The position numbers and the translations under genes were made by a program. From Minisyncoccota bacterium (GTDB taxonomy: Bacteria > Patescibacteriota > Minisyncoccia > Phycocordibacterales > UBA5272), in the NCBI GenBank assembly GCA_046350775.1, contig JAXLZS010000001.1:545838-609837 (forward strand): a DNA stretch of 64,000 bases. Direction: 5' to 3'. Below the pieces are notes generated by a model, which was not told where the DNA came from, did not search any database, and worked only from the letters and a program-made list of their open reading frames with translations. This document shows, in pieces, positions 21,579 to 31,903 of this stretch. Each line of letters starts with the position of its first letter. Position 1 is the first letter of the stretch.

Positions 21579-21689
21579 TTGCTAAAAATATCATTTTGTA
21601 TTATAATAGCTATCTATTAATAAAAAATAAGTTAGGTGCTAGTACCAGATGTCGCTGGGAAATATATGCACTCTAAAAAAGATAAGTTT

Positions 21690-22157
21690 ATGCGACGTCC
21701 CGTCAAAAATAGAAACGTGGTCAAAAGCGATCTTCGCTATGACAATGTAAAGGTTTCAAAGTTTATTAATTATATAATGCAAAATGGTAAAAAAACTGTA
21801 GCACAAAAAATAGTCTACGGTGCTTTTGATATAATCAAAGAGCAAACCAAAAAAGATGCTCTTGAATTATTTGAGCTTGCCCTCAAAAACGCAGGTCCAA
21901 CAGTCGAAGTGAGAAGTAAAAGAGTCGGAGGATCAAATTATCAGATCCCAGTAGAAGTTCGTGACTCCAGAAAATTCTTATTAGCTTCACGTTGGTTAAT
22001 CGATGCTGCTAGAGGAAAAAAGGGAAAGCCTATGCATGAAAAGCTTGCTGAAGAATTATTGCTCGCTTCAAATAATGAAGGTTCAGCAGTAAAGAAAAAA
22101 GAAGATGTACACAAGATGGCAGAGTCAAACAAAGCCTTTGCACACTTTGCAAGATAA
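21690..22157 (+). CDS. rpsG: 30S ribosomal protein S7, displaced to follow map.
   Basis: MRRPVKNRNVVKSDLRYDNVKVSKFINYIMQNGKKTVAQKIVYGAF matches the S7 N-terminus. The in-frame ATGs at 21636 and 21666 are alternative starts. Confidence 0.88.
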   Translation: MRRPVKNRNVVKSDLRYDNVKVSKFINYIMQNGKKTVAQKIVYGAFDIIKEQTKKDALELFELALKNAGPTVEVRSKRVGGSNYQIPVEVRDSRKFLLASRWLIDAARGKKGKPMHEKLAEELLLASNNEGSAVKKKEDVHKMAESNKAFAHFAR

Positions 22158-22193
22158 TTATTAAACAAATAAAAACAAAAATAAAATATATTT

Positions 22194-24338
22194 ATGTCTA
22201 GAGATTATCCATTAAATAAAGTTCGTAATTTTGGTGTGATTGCACATATTGATGCCGGAAAGACTACAACTTCTGAAAGAGTCCTCTTTTACACAGGTGT
22301 TTCTCACAAGATCGGTGAAGTTCATGAGGGTGAGGCTACAATGGACTGGATGGAGCAAGAAAGAGAAAGAGGTATCACAATTACTTCTGCTGCTACCACA
22401 GCTTTTTGGTCACCTACATATATGCCAAAGGGTGATGATTCAAAGAAATGTCGTTTTAATATTATCGACACTCCTGGTCACATTGACTTTACAATTGAAG
22501 TAAAGAGATCACTTCGTGTTCTCGATGGTGCGGTCGTAGTATTTGACTCTGTAGCAGGAGTAGAGCCTCAATCAGAGACAAACTGGAGATATGCAAACGA
22601 TGCTAATGTGCCACGTATTTGTTTTGTGAATAAATTAGACAGAATGGGAGGAAGTTATGACAAATCATATCAATCAATCCTAGACAGACTTTCTAAAAAA
22701 GCTGTCAGAATGCAAATCCCTGTAGGAGAAGAAGAAAATTTTTCTGCTATTATCGATCTTCTAAATCTTAAATATGTGACTTTTGTAGGAGATAAAGGAA
22801 AGGATGTTGTTTATGAAGATATTCCTGCTGAATTTGCAGAAATTGTAAAGACAAGACGTGCTGAAATGATTGAAAAGATTGTCGAGACAGATGAAAATAT
22901 GATGACAGCGTATCTTGAAGGAAAAGAATTTACAGTTGAAGAACTAAAAAATACAATCAGAAAAGCTGTGATTGCTAATGAGCTCTTCCCAGTATATTGC
23001 GGATCAGCTCTTAAAAATAAAGGAGTACAGCTCGTACTAGATGCGGTCGTTGATTTTCTACCATCACCACTCGATATTGCAAAGCCTCATGGTATTGATC
23101 CAAGAACAGGAGAAAAAATTGAATTAGAAGTTTCTGATACAGCTCCTCTTGCGGCTCTTGCTTTCAAGCTTGCTACTGACCCATTCGTAGGACAATTAGT
23201 ATTTATCCGTGTATATTCTGGTACTCTTGAGGCTGGATCATATATTTACAATGCTACAAAAGATAAAAAAGAAAGAATTGGACGTATTCTTCGTATGCAC
23301 GCAAACGATAGAGAAGAAGTAAAAACTGTCTATGCAGGAGAAATCGCTGCAGCGGTAGGTCTAAAAGATACAGTGACTTCAGACACACTTTGTAATGAAG
23401 ACAGTCCTGTAATTCTAGAAAAGATTGTGATCCCAGAATCTGTGATCTCTATGCGTATCGAGCCAAAAACAAAAGCTGATCAAGAAAAAATGGGTCTCGC
23501 TTTATCAAAGCTTGCTATCGAAGATCCTACATTCAGAGTATCTTCTGATCCAGAGACAAATGAGACAATTATCTCAGGAATGGGCGAGCTTCATCTTGAT
23601 ATTATCGTAGACAGAATGAAAAGAGAATTTAATGTAGAAGCTACAACAGGCAAGCCTCAAGTAGCCTACAAAGAGACAATCAAAGGTTCTGCTGATGGTG
23701 AAGGAAAATATATCAAGCAATCAGGAGGTCGTGGACAATATGGACATGTCAGACTAAAGATCAAGCCTATTGACTACACAATCAAAGATGAAGATCTTCC
23801 AAAAAATATCAAGAGATACGATCACTTTGAGTTTATCAACTCTATTAAAGGTGGAGCCATCCCTCAAGAATATATCCCAGCTGTAGAAAAAGGTCTTCGT
23901 GAGTCTATGGACAGAGGTACTCTTGCTGGATTCAAGATGGTGGATGTATCTTGTGAAGTTTATGATGGATCATTCCACGAAGTAGACTCATCAGAAATCG
24001 CTTTCAAGCTTGCAGCTGCAATGGCACTCCAAGATGCTGTATCACGCGCAAAGCCTGTGATTCTTGAGCCTATCATGAAAGTAGAAGTTATCACTCCAGA
24101 TAAGTTCTATGGAGACATTACAGGAAATCTTTCAAGTAAGCGTGGACAAATAGAAGGAATGGACGAAAGAGGAATGGATAAAGTTATCAGAGCAAAAGTT
24201 CCACTATCAGAAATGTTTGGATACATGACCAATCTTCGCTCTATGACAGAAGGTCGTGCATCGTTTACAATGGAGTTTTCACATTATGATGTCGTGCCAG
24301 CAAGTATAGCAAAAGAAATTCAGGATTCCAGAAAGTAA
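22194..24338 (+). CDS. fusA: Elongation factor G.
   Basis: [37 protein letters not shown]. 714 aa. Confidence 0.95.
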   Translation: MSRDYPLNKVRNFGVIAHIDAGKTTTSERVLFYTGVSHKIGEVHEGEATMDWMEQERERGITITSAATTAFWSPTYMPKGDDSKKCRFNIIDTPGHIDFTIEVKRSLRVLDGAVVVFDSVAGVEPQSETNWRYANDANVPRICFVNKLDRMGGSYDKSYQSILDRLSKKAVRMQIPVGEEENFSAIIDLLNLKYVTFVGDKGKDVVYEDIPAEFAEIVKTRRAEMIEKIVETDENMMTAYLEGKEFTVEELKNTIRKAVIANELFPVYCGSALKNKGVQLVLDAVVDFLPSPLDIAKPHGIDPRTGEKIELEVSDTAPLAALAFKLATDPFVGQLVFIRVYSGTLEAGSYIYNATKDKKERIGRILRMHANDREEVKTVYAGEIAAAVGLKDTVTSDTLCNEDSPVILEKIVIPESVISMRIEPKTKADQEKMGLALSKLAIEDPTFRVSSDPETNETIISGMGELHLDIIVDRMKREFNVEATTGKPQVAYKETIKGSADGEGKYIKQSGGRGQYGHVRLKIKPIDYTIKDEDLPKNIKRYDHFEFINSIKGGAIPQEYIPAVEKGLRESMDRGTLAGFKMVDVSCEVYDGSFHEVDSSEIAFKLAAAMALQDAVSRAKPVILEPIMKVEVITPDKFYGDITGNLSSKRGQIEGMDERGMDKVIRAKVPLSEMFGYMTNLRSMTEGRASFTMEFSHYDVVPASIAKEIQDSRK

Positions 24339-24345
24339 TTTAGAT

Positions 24346-24377
24346 TAAAAAACCTCTCATTTTCGAGAGGTTTTTTA
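24346..24377 (+). terminator. Rho-independent terminator after fusA.
   Basis: aaaaacctctc-attttc-gagaggtttttt. Confidence 0.7.
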
Positions 24378-24406
24378 ATGTTATAATTTTTATATAAAAT
24401 TAAATT

Positions 24407-25387
24407 ATGCCTCCTTTTCCTCCTATTTTTGCTTATGTTTTTTTTGGATTTCTTTGGTTTATAGAGGTGATTTTTACTCTTTTTGTTGTTACTATACCAG
24501 CCAGTGAAGTCATTGCTATTTTTAGTGATATTTTGATCCTTTTGTGGCTATGGATGCGTCTTGGTCCATCACTGATAACAAAATTTAGAAATCCAAAAGC
24601 CAATAAAAAATTTATTAGAAGGTTTCTTACTCAGACTATAGGAGAACTTATACCAATAATAGATCTTTTTCCTTGGAATGTTTGGTTTATATATAAACAG
24701 TATAAGGATGAGGTAGCTGAATATCATAATAAAGTCGCAAAATTAGATGCTAAAAATCAAGAAATAGAAGAAAATAATAAAGATATAGAAGAGGGGGATA
24801 AAGAAATAAAAGAAGAAATAGAAAAGCAAAAATTACAAGAAAAAATTCAAGAAGAGATAGATTCAGATAATCAAGTGAGAGACATGAGGGCGGTATCCAA
24901 TTTTACTGGAGTAGGGCAATGGATGACAAGAAACAAAAGGGTCTCAGCTGGTAATCCTGATCTTGATCGACAAATAAATAATGCTAAAAGAAAAGAAAAG
25001 GAAGCAAGAATTAAAAAAGAAGATCTGCCGTATGAGATGAGACTCGGTGAACAGCTAGAGAATCCAGAATCATTGACTGACAAGCAGACTAATTATAGTA
25101 AATTTGAGACATATGAAGCTGAAAGAAAAAGATTGGAAGATATAAAAAAGCAAAAGATATTAGAGCAAAAAGAAAAAGATAAAGTCACACAAGTAAAAGT
25201 GAGACAGATGACTGAAGCTTTTGCTGATCAAAAAGCTAAAGAAGCAGAGAGAAAGTATGGTGAGTCTGCAAATCTTGTAGTAAGACTAAAAGATAGAGCC
25301 CAAAAAGCAAAAAGTGATCAAAATGGAGGTGACGGATTGATTGGTTTTAATGACGGAGAAGACCAAGAAATGGATATAGCAGCCTAG
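24407..25387 (+). CDS. Hypothetical membrane protein with a long charged coiled-coil-like C-terminal region.
   Basis: Two to three N-terminal TM helices, followed by a K/E-rich low-complexity region (KDIEEGDKEIKEEIEKQKLQEKIQEEID...). Confidence 0.5.
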   Translation: MPPFPPIFAYVFFGFLWFIEVIFTLFVVTIPASEVIAIFSDILILLWLWMRLGPSLITKFRNPKANKKFIRRFLTQTIGELIPIIDLFPWNVWFIYKQYKDEVAEYHNKVAKLDAKNQEIEENNKDIEEGDKEIKEEIEKQKLQEKIQEEIDSDNQVRDMRAVSNFTGVGQWMTRNKRVSAGNPDLDRQINNAKRKEKEARIKKEDLPYEMRLGEQLENPESLTDKQTNYSKFETYEAERKRLEDIKKQKILEQKEKDKVTQVKVRQMTEAFADQKAKEAERKYGESANLVVRLKDRAQKAKSDQNGGDGLIGFNDGEDQEMDIAA

Positions 25388-25492
25388 CTTTTTGTTAAGA
25401 AATATATTTGACAAATAAAAATAGATATTATATACTATAGATATCTTATAAAATATAAGTTAAGGTGGCTATAAGACCAAAATTATAAATAT

Positions 25493-26209
25493 ATGAAAAA
25501 AATTTTCACAAAAATAATCACAGCTTACATTATCATAGCTTCACTCGCTATAGTTTTGAAAGTTGGTGATAATATGATCGCAAAAGCTGATGTTTTATCT
25601 TCACAAAATTGTGGATATAATACTGGCTGGATTTGGAACGGTACACAATGTGTAAATACTTGTGATCAAAATCATCCTTGGGATCCCGTAAATCAGAGAT
25701 GTTCTAATGGATATGGCTATTATGGTAATTCATACGGATATGTTCCTGGTAATTCAAATTATATGGGATCATGTGACGCATATGGAAGTAATTTTTACTG
25801 GACAGGATCTGTCTGTGCACAGATAGTACCAGGACAAAATTATCCTTATCAAGGATCAAATCCTTATAATGGTGGATATACTTATATAAATGATAATTAT
25901 AATTATTACAATTATCCAACATATCAAATTCAAAGTGTGCCTGTAAATAATACTGTCTACAATCTATCAAATAATTATCCTTACAATAATTACAATTATT
26001 GTGACAACTCTTGTTGGCATGATCCAGCACCAAAAGTCACTACTACTTATCAGGTCTATACTTATACTACTATTTCACAACCTAGCTATCCAAATTATTT
26101 CTATTTAGGATCAAATTCTAGTCAATATTACAATGATTATTTAGATTGTAATTATCTTGATTATAGAAATCTTGGTTACTATGATATTTACGGATACTAT
26201 CACTACTAA
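25493..26209 (+). CDS. Secreted Tyr/Asn/Gly-rich, Cys-containing low-complexity protein.
   Basis: Signal peptide MKKIFTKIITAYIIIASLAIVL. Repeated YNYYNYP/YGY motifs. About 12 Cys. Confidence 0.5.
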   Translation: MKKIFTKIITAYIIIASLAIVLKVGDNMIAKADVLSSQNCGYNTGWIWNGTQCVNTCDQNHPWDPVNQRCSNGYGYYGNSYGYVPGNSNYMGSCDAYGSNFYWTGSVCAQIVPGQNYPYQGSNPYNGGYTYINDNYNYYNYPTYQIQSVPVNNTVYNLSNNYPYNNYNYCDNSCWHDPAPKVTTTYQVYTYTTISQPSYPNYFYLGSNSSQYYNDYLDCNYLDYRNLGYYDIYGYYHY

Positions 26210-26229
26210 AAATAAATAAAAATATTTTT

Positions 26230-26263
26230 CAAACCTCTCTTTATAAAGAGAGGTTTGTTTTTT
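26230..26263 (+). terminator. Rho-independent terminator.
   Basis: caaacctctctt-tata-aagagaggtttgtttttt. Confidence 0.7.
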
Positions 26264-26293
26264 AATGATATAATATTCTTGATATAAATCATT

Positions 26294-29080
26294 ATGCCCG
26301 ATCAATTTTCTCAAGAAGTTGGAATAAATGGTAGCGAGCCACGCTTTTCTTCTCCGGAAGAAGAGATAAGATTTTTGCGTCAAGAGATAGAAAAAAGAAG
26401 AGATATAACCAAAAATTTTGGTGACAGAATCTCTAAAGAGGATCATGCTAGAGATGTCCTCAGAGCTCACGTATCACAACCTCCTCAGTCTGTTTTGCCT
26501 GGCCAGTATCAGATGCAAAATTATGAAAAGAAAAAACTACTTCAAGATCTAGAGGTAAAGTCTACTGACGAGCAAGTATCCGATCTTGTCTCTCTTATGC
26601 TTGATAAGGGTATACACAATACTATAGAAATAGTCAGGGAAAATAAAAATAAAGAAGTGGAATCAGATTTTCATCGCTTTCTCATAAATTATTTGCTGCT
26701 GCCTCATGAAGAAAAATTAGAAAAAAGTCTTAGCAAGACAGAATGGAAAGCTCTACATCTCAGACTCTACGAGATAGTGTTGCCAGAAAGCAAAGAAAAA
26801 GGTGAGACAAAAAATGCAAAAGAATTTATAGCTTTCATGGAGCAATTTTATGCCAGTATGTTAAGTATTTCTAGCGATATAAATAATAAAGAAAATAATT
26901 ATTATACTCTTGAGATTGCTAAACCAAATAATTCAAATGAAGTATCATTTTTTGTATCAGTTTTAAATGAAGTAGCAGATCTTTTTGAGAAGACACTTTT
27001 TGGTCTTTTTCCAGATGCGATAATCAGGTACTCAAAAGAAGACTATAATATTTTTTCTGAGACAGGATTTCAGCTTTCTGCTTATGCATCTCCGGTCAAG
27101 ACTTCCGCATTGCCATTTCGTACTTATGACAGTATGGAAGGGGATCCGATTTCTCTTATCATTTCAGCTTTTACAAAATTACAAAAGACAGGTGAGGGCG
27201 CAGCTCTTCAAATAGTCGTCCGCCCAGCAGGTGATAAGTTTTTCAAAAAATATTCTGAGATGGTCAATAGTCTTCGCAAAGGTGACACTTTAAAAAGAGT
27301 TTTAGATAGAGAGTCTTTTATAAAAGATTTTATTTCAACTTTTAAAGAATCAAATAAGTCAAAAGAAGAGATAGAAAAAGAAAAAGCAAAACCTAAAAAG
27401 ATAGAAGATGAAAAAGCTGAAAAAAATATAAGCAAAAAAATAGAATCTACCATACTAGATACAAATCTTCGTCTTGTGGTAAATGCTCCTGACCTCACTA
27501 GAGCCAAGAGTATTTTAAATGAGCTCGCCTCTACTTTTATGCAATATTCAGAAGCTGATGGAAACTCTCTTCAATTTAAGATGGTAGAAGGAAAAAGATT
27601 AAATGAAGTCATACATAATTATATTTATCGTTTTTGGGATGAAGATCAAAGTCTTCCTCTAAATTTTAAAGAATTGGCTACTTTTTATCATCTACCAAGC
27701 TATGTAAAAAATTATAATCAGCTCAATAAAGTCGATGCTACTTCTGCTCCAGCTCCGATGGATCTGCCACAGACAGGACTCTTTTTAGGTGTAAATGAAT
27801 ATAGACATCTAAAGACAGATATCTATTTGCCTGAGGCAGATAGACTTCGTCATATGTATATCATCGGTCAGACAGGTACAGGTAAGTCTGTCATGCTGGT
27901 CAACTCTATAATCCAAGATATTATAAATGGTCACGGTTGCTGCTTTATAGATCCGCATGGAGATGATATTTTAAAAATTTTAGGAAATATTCCAAAAGAA
28001 AGATGGGATGATGTGATCTATTTTGATCCTGCTGATACTGAGATGCCATTTGGTCTCAATATGCTTGAGTTTGATCCTATGAGGCCTGAGCAAAAGACAT
28101 TTGTGATCAATGAACTATTTTCTATCTTTAAAAAGCTTTTTGCTGAAGCTAGTCCAGAGTCTATGGGTCCAGCCTTTGAGCAGTATTTTAGAAATTCAGC
28201 AGCTCTTGTCATGGAGCATCCAGAGAGCGGTTGTACACTTTTTGATATTTCAAGAGTGCTTTCAGATGCTGATTATCGTGATTATAAATTGGCCCATTCC
28301 AAAAATCCTATTATCAATCAATTTTTCAAAAACGCTCTAGCTACAAGTGGTGAGCAAGGTTTTGAAAACTATGTGCCATACATCACGAATAAATTCGACA
28401 TCTTTACCTCAAATGAAATTATGCGTCCAATCATAGGACAGGAAAGATCTTCATTTAATATTAGTGAGATTATGGATAATAAAAAGATCCTTTTAGTAAA
28501 TCTATCAAAGGGTAGATTGGGTGATATTAATGCTTATTTGATTGGCCTCATACTTGTAGGAAAGTTTTTGATGGCAGCTTTAGGAAGAGAGGATTTAGAA
28601 AACAAGCCTCCATTTTATCTATATCTAGATGAATTCCAAAATGTAGCTACCAAATCCATCTCCGCTATTCTTTCTGAGGCGAGAAAGTATAAACTTTCTC
28701 TCATCATGGCTCATCAATATATCAAGCAGCTTCCAGAAGATATAAAAGGTGCGGTCTTTGGAAACGTCGGTAGTAAAATAGTATTTCGTATTTCAGAAGA
28801 TGATGCGAAAGCTCTCGAAGCCAGCTTTGCTCCGACCTTTACTTACACTGATATTATGAAGATAGCAACTTTTAATGCTTACGCTGCACTTCTCATAAAA
28901 GGATATCCTCAAAAGCCATTCAATATAAAAGAAGAATATTTTGCTGATAGGAGTATGCCTTATGCCCCAAAGCCAAATCCTGACACCATCAACGCCATAA
29001 AGATTTTGAGTAAAGAGAAATATGGTAGACCAAGAAGAGAAGTGGAAGATGAGATAATGAGGAAGTTTAGTTTTAATTAA
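26294..29080 (+). CDS. Large soluble P-loop ATPase of the TraG/TraD/VirD4 (type IV coupling protein) / HerA-FtsK superfamily.
   Basis: Walker A YIIGQTGTGKSVMLVNSI followed by DPHGDD. Walker B LYLDEFQNVAT. A SLIMAHQYIKQL motif. There is a 500-aa N-terminal region with no predicted TM helix. Confidence 0.6.
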   Translation: MPDQFSQEVGINGSEPRFSSPEEEIRFLRQEIEKRRDITKNFGDRISKEDHARDVLRAHVSQPPQSVLPGQYQMQNYEKKKLLQDLEVKSTDEQVSDLVSLMLDKGIHNTIEIVRENKNKEVESDFHRFLINYLLLPHEEKLEKSLSKTEWKALHLRLYEIVLPESKEKGETKNAKEFIAFMEQFYASMLSISSDINNKENNYYTLEIAKPNNSNEVSFFVSVLNEVADLFEKTLFGLFPDAIIRYSKEDYNIFSETGFQLSAYASPVKTSALPFRTYDSMEGDPISLIISAFTKLQKTGEGAALQIVVRPAGDKFFKKYSEMVNSLRKGDTLKRVLDRESFIKDFISTFKESNKSKEEIEKEKAKPKKIEDEKAEKNISKKIESTILDTNLRLVVNAPDLTRAKSILNELASTFMQYSEADGNSLQFKMVEGKRLNEVIHNYIYRFWDEDQSLPLNFKELATFYHLPSYVKNYNQLNKVDATSAPAPMDLPQTGLFLGVNEYRHLKTDIYLPEADRLRHMYIIGQTGTGKSVMLVNSIIQDIINGHGCCFIDPHGDDILKILGNIPKERWDDVIYFDPADTEMPFGLNMLEFDPMRPEQKTFVINELFSIFKKLFAEASPESMGPAFEQYFRNSAALVMEHPESGCTLFDISRVLSDADYRDYKLAHSKNPIINQFFKNALATSGEQGFENYVPYITNKFDIFTSNEIMRPIIGQERSSFNISEIMDNKKILLVNLSKGRLGDINAYLIGLILVGKFLMAALGREDLENKPPFYLYLDEFQNVATKSISAILSEARKYKLSLIMAHQYIKQLPEDIKGAVFGNVGSKIVFRISEDDAKALEASFAPTFTYTDIMKIATFNAYAALLIKGYPQKPFNIKEEYFADRSMPYAPKPNPDTINAIKILSKEKYGRPRREVEDEIMRKFSFN

Positions 29081-29082
29081 AA

Positions 29083-29448
29083 ATGAAAGAAAACGAACCT
29101 AAAAATAATTATAAAAAATTGTTTAACCTTTCAAGACAGTTAAGAAAAGACCAAACCAATTCGGAAGATATTGTTTGGTTTGCTTTAAGAAATAGAAAAA
29201 TATTTGATTTAAAATTTTCTAGACAAAAAATATTTGGTGAATTTATTGTAGATTTTTATTGTGCAAGACTAGGTCTTGTTTTAGAAATAGACGGAGAGAT
29301 ACACGAATCTCAAAAAGAGCATGATCAAGAAAGAGAAAATTATTTAATAAATAATTACAATTTAAAGATTTTGAGAATTAAAAATTCTGAAATTGATGAA
29401 TCGACAATATTTGAATTATTAGAAAATAAAATAAAGAAATACTTGTGA
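29083..29448 (+). CDS. DUF559 / Vsr-like PD-(D/E)xK endonuclease-fold protein.
   Basis: FSRQKIFGEFIVDFYCARLGLVLEIDGEIHE...LKILRIKNSEI matches the DUF559 pattern. Its start is 2 nt after the ATPase stop. Confidence 0.7.
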   Translation: MKENEPKNNYKKLFNLSRQLRKDQTNSEDIVWFALRNRKIFDLKFSRQKIFGEFIVDFYCARLGLVLEIDGEIHESQKEHDQERENYLINNYNLKILRIKNSEIDESTIFELLENKIKKYL

Positions 29449-29492
29449 GTATTTCTTTATTAATTTACTCACCCCAATATCTGCGATATTAC

Positions 29493-29533
29493 CCCTCTCT
29501 AAAAATATTTTCTAAAATATTTTTAGAGAGGGG
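29493..29533. terminator. Bidirectional terminator formed by a perfect 41-nt palindrome between convergent genes.
   Basis: cccctctctaaaaatatttt-c-taaaatatttttagagagggg. Confidence 0.7.
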
Positions 29534-29560
29534 TCGAATACGAAGTATTCGGGGGAGAGT

Positions 29561-30151
29561 TTATCTACTTGCTCTTTCTACGTATTCACCTGATTCTGTA
29601 TTTATTATAATATTGTCTCCTTCTTCGATAAATAGGGGAGCAGTGACTTGAGCTCCAGTCTCAAGAGTCACTAATTTTCCACTGGAGTTGCCAGCAGTAT
29701 TTCCTTTGATTGATGGAGGTGCTGAGGTGACTTTGAGAGATAGCTTTATTGGTAGACCAATACCGATAATTGTCTCTTCATCATCGTCGTCTGTAAATAT
29801 TTTTGCATCTACCACAGAATCAGCTTTCATAAATTTTATCTGATCACCGATCACTTCACTAGGAATAGTAAATCTTTTTGATGGATCTTTTATTTCGCAA
29901 AACCAATTTTCTCCTTTGTTGGTATAAAGATATTTTACTTCTTTTTTAGATATATCAGCCTCATCTACCATGTCAGAAGCATGAAATGTAGCAGGTATCA
30001 CTTTTCCATTAATCAAGTTTCTTAATTTTACTTGATTTTGTGGTTTTCTTTGTTGGGTTCTAGCCACATGGTACTCGAGCACCTCGTACGGTGCGTCATC
30101 ATAGATGATGAATTTTCTAGGTTTGATTTCATTATATTCTAGTTTTGCCAT
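29561..30151 (-). CDS. efp: Elongation factor P.
   Basis: 196 aa with an EF-P three-domain pattern (KFIIYDDAPYEVLEYHVARTQ...VKLRNLINGKV...). Confidence 0.8.
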   Translation of the reverse strand: MAKLEYNEIKPRKFIIYDDAPYEVLEYHVARTQQRKPQNQVKLRNLINGKVIPATFHASDMVDEADISKKEVKYLYTNKGENWFCEIKDPSKRFTIPSEVIGDQIKFMKADSVVDAKIFTDDDDEETIIGIGLPIKLSLKVTSAPPSIKGNTAGNSSGKLVTLETGAQVTAPLFIEEGDNIIINTESGEYVERASR

Positions 30152-30336
30152 AATTTTTAATATTTAAAATTCTATAATGTTCTTGATTTTATCATATAAA
30201 TTGATTTTTATAAAATAAAAAAAATGGGGCCAGGATAGAAATCCAGCCCCTCAAATCCAATATCCTATGAAAAACCTCTAAGACTATAGCATGTATTTTA
30301 TAAAATTGCAAGTCTGGGTTTTATTTAGTTTTCCAC

Positions 30337-30365
30337 TTGACATTTTAGCTTTAATTTGCTATACT
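30337..30365 (+). promoter_or_regulatory. Sigma70 consensus-like promoter TTGACA-N17-TATACT for the downstream lipoprotein gene.
   Basis: TTGACA at 30337-30342, a 17-nt spacer, TATACT at 30360-30365. Confidence 0.5.
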
Positions 30366-30466
30366 ATATATAGTAAATTTGTATATAAAAATAAAAAAAT
30401 AACTCTATATATAAAAAAATAATTCTTTAAAAACAATTTAAATAAAAACAATAAAAATCATTAACG

Positions 30467-31765
30467 ATGAAACATCAAACTCTGATTTTCCTATTGGCAT
30501 CAGTGATGTTGATAGTAGGATTTTCTTGCGGTTGCAAGAAAGAACCGGCACCAGTGGTGCCCCACACTTACACTGTAAGTTTTAATGTGAACGGTGGAAA
30601 TGGCTCTATAGCTTCTCAATCAGTAACAGCAGGCAATTCATTTACTTTTCCAAGTGGCTCCAGTTTAACCTACACAGGCTACACTTTCCAAAGTTGGAAT
30701 ACTTCTGCTGATGGTACTGGTACGAGTTACAATGCTGGTAGTACTTTTGTACCGACAGGTAATATCACTTTCTTTGCTATTTGGCAAAAGAATGCCCCTG
30801 TTTATACCGCTGTCATCAGTAGTACAGGGACTTATGATGCTAGTACTACTGCAGTAGATAAAGTTTTACTTGGTCGCTCTGTAGCAAAGGCGTTCGTACT
30901 GAATGTGACGACAGCAGGTACAGCAAAGATTGATGTTATTGGTAGCCTGTCAAATAGTAATCCAGCGATTGCTGAATACTGGATAAATACTATCGACAAT
31001 ACTGATCTGAATGTTGCCGCAAGTACACTAAATGCTACAAAAGTAGCTATTACATCCTCCTCATTTACTGTAAAGTTGAATGTAGGTATCAACGTAATTT
31101 GCTTTAAAACAGTAGCGTACAGTGGAAGTATTGCAAACGGAGTGTTGGTTGGTCTCAAAGTTACCGGAGCAAACGAATTCACTTTAGCAAATGCAAGTTA
31201 TACTGCAGATGCAAGTTACAATGTTGCAGCTGTTCAAAAGCAGGAACATAAGACGAACAATACTGTGACTGTATCAGCAAACACAGAAAGTGATAATGGC
31301 GGTTGGGGGATTATTCAACTTACTCCATACAGTGATGAAGCTGGTACCGTTTATGACGGTACTTTGTATCCGAAGATTTTAAGTTTAACACTTCGTACAA
31401 CTCCTGATTGGAGTACTGGTGATACTACAGGTTGGAGTAAATTGGATTTTACCAACGCACGCGGAACAAGTGGGCAATATTTTGATTTAAAGCAAGACAA
31501 TTCTACTACAGGGTCGTCCTTTGTGTTTTCTAATTCAAATGCTTTTTTTTCAAATAATAGTCTACAATTTCAGTTGAGTAACGCAGCTCAATTAAATAAA
31601 TCATTTATGGGTAATTATTCTTTTATAATTTTACACTTAAATGTATTTAATACAAATCCGAATCCATTTGGTTCTGCTAATGTTTCGTTCGTTTACAAAT
31701 CTGTGAAGTATGTTGGCAATCCTGAAACTTGGGTTTACAACACTGCTGGTGTAAGAGTTCAGTAA
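30467..31765 (+). CDS. Lipoprotein with an N-terminal Listeria-Bacteroides (Flg_new) repeat and a large beta-rich domain.
   Basis: Lipobox LIVGFSCGC. YTVSFNVNGGNGSIASQSVTAGNSFTFP...YTGYTFQSWNTSADGTGTSYNAGSTF...ITFFAIW. Confidence 0.6.
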   Translation: MKHQTLIFLLASVMLIVGFSCGCKKEPAPVVPHTYTVSFNVNGGNGSIASQSVTAGNSFTFPSGSSLTYTGYTFQSWNTSADGTGTSYNAGSTFVPTGNITFFAIWQKNAPVYTAVISSTGTYDASTTAVDKVLLGRSVAKAFVLNVTTAGTAKIDVIGSLSNSNPAIAEYWINTIDNTDLNVAASTLNATKVAITSSSFTVKLNVGINVICFKTVAYSGSIANGVLVGLKVTGANEFTLANASYTADASYNVAAVQKQEHKTNNTVTVSANTESDNGGWGIIQLTPYSDEAGTVYDGTLYPKILSLTLRTTPDWSTGDTTGWSKLDFTNARGTSGQYFDLKQDNSTTGSSFVFSNSNAFFSNNSLQFQLSNAAQLNKSFMGNYSFIILHLNVFNTNPNPFGSANVSFVYKSVKYVGNPETWVYNTAGVRVQ

Positions 31766-31790
31766 AAAATATTGTTTAACTTTTTAAAAT

Positions 31791-31824
31791 AATCGCATGA
31801 GATAACTCGTGCGATTTTTATTTT
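31791..31824 (+). terminator. Rho-independent terminator.
   Basis: aatcgcatgag-ataa-ctcgtgcgattttt (one G-U pair). Confidence 0.55.
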
Positions 31825-31903
31825 GTGGACAACTTTTAAATTTTATGAGTTTTATAATGTTATAATTTATTTATAATTACCAACATTAAAATTTATAAAT
31901 AAT

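Noticed and set aside
29445-29651. ORF 29445..29651 (68 aa, plus strand).
   Set aside because: It overlaps the palindromic terminator and the 3' end of efp on the other strand, and has no start context. It is spurious.
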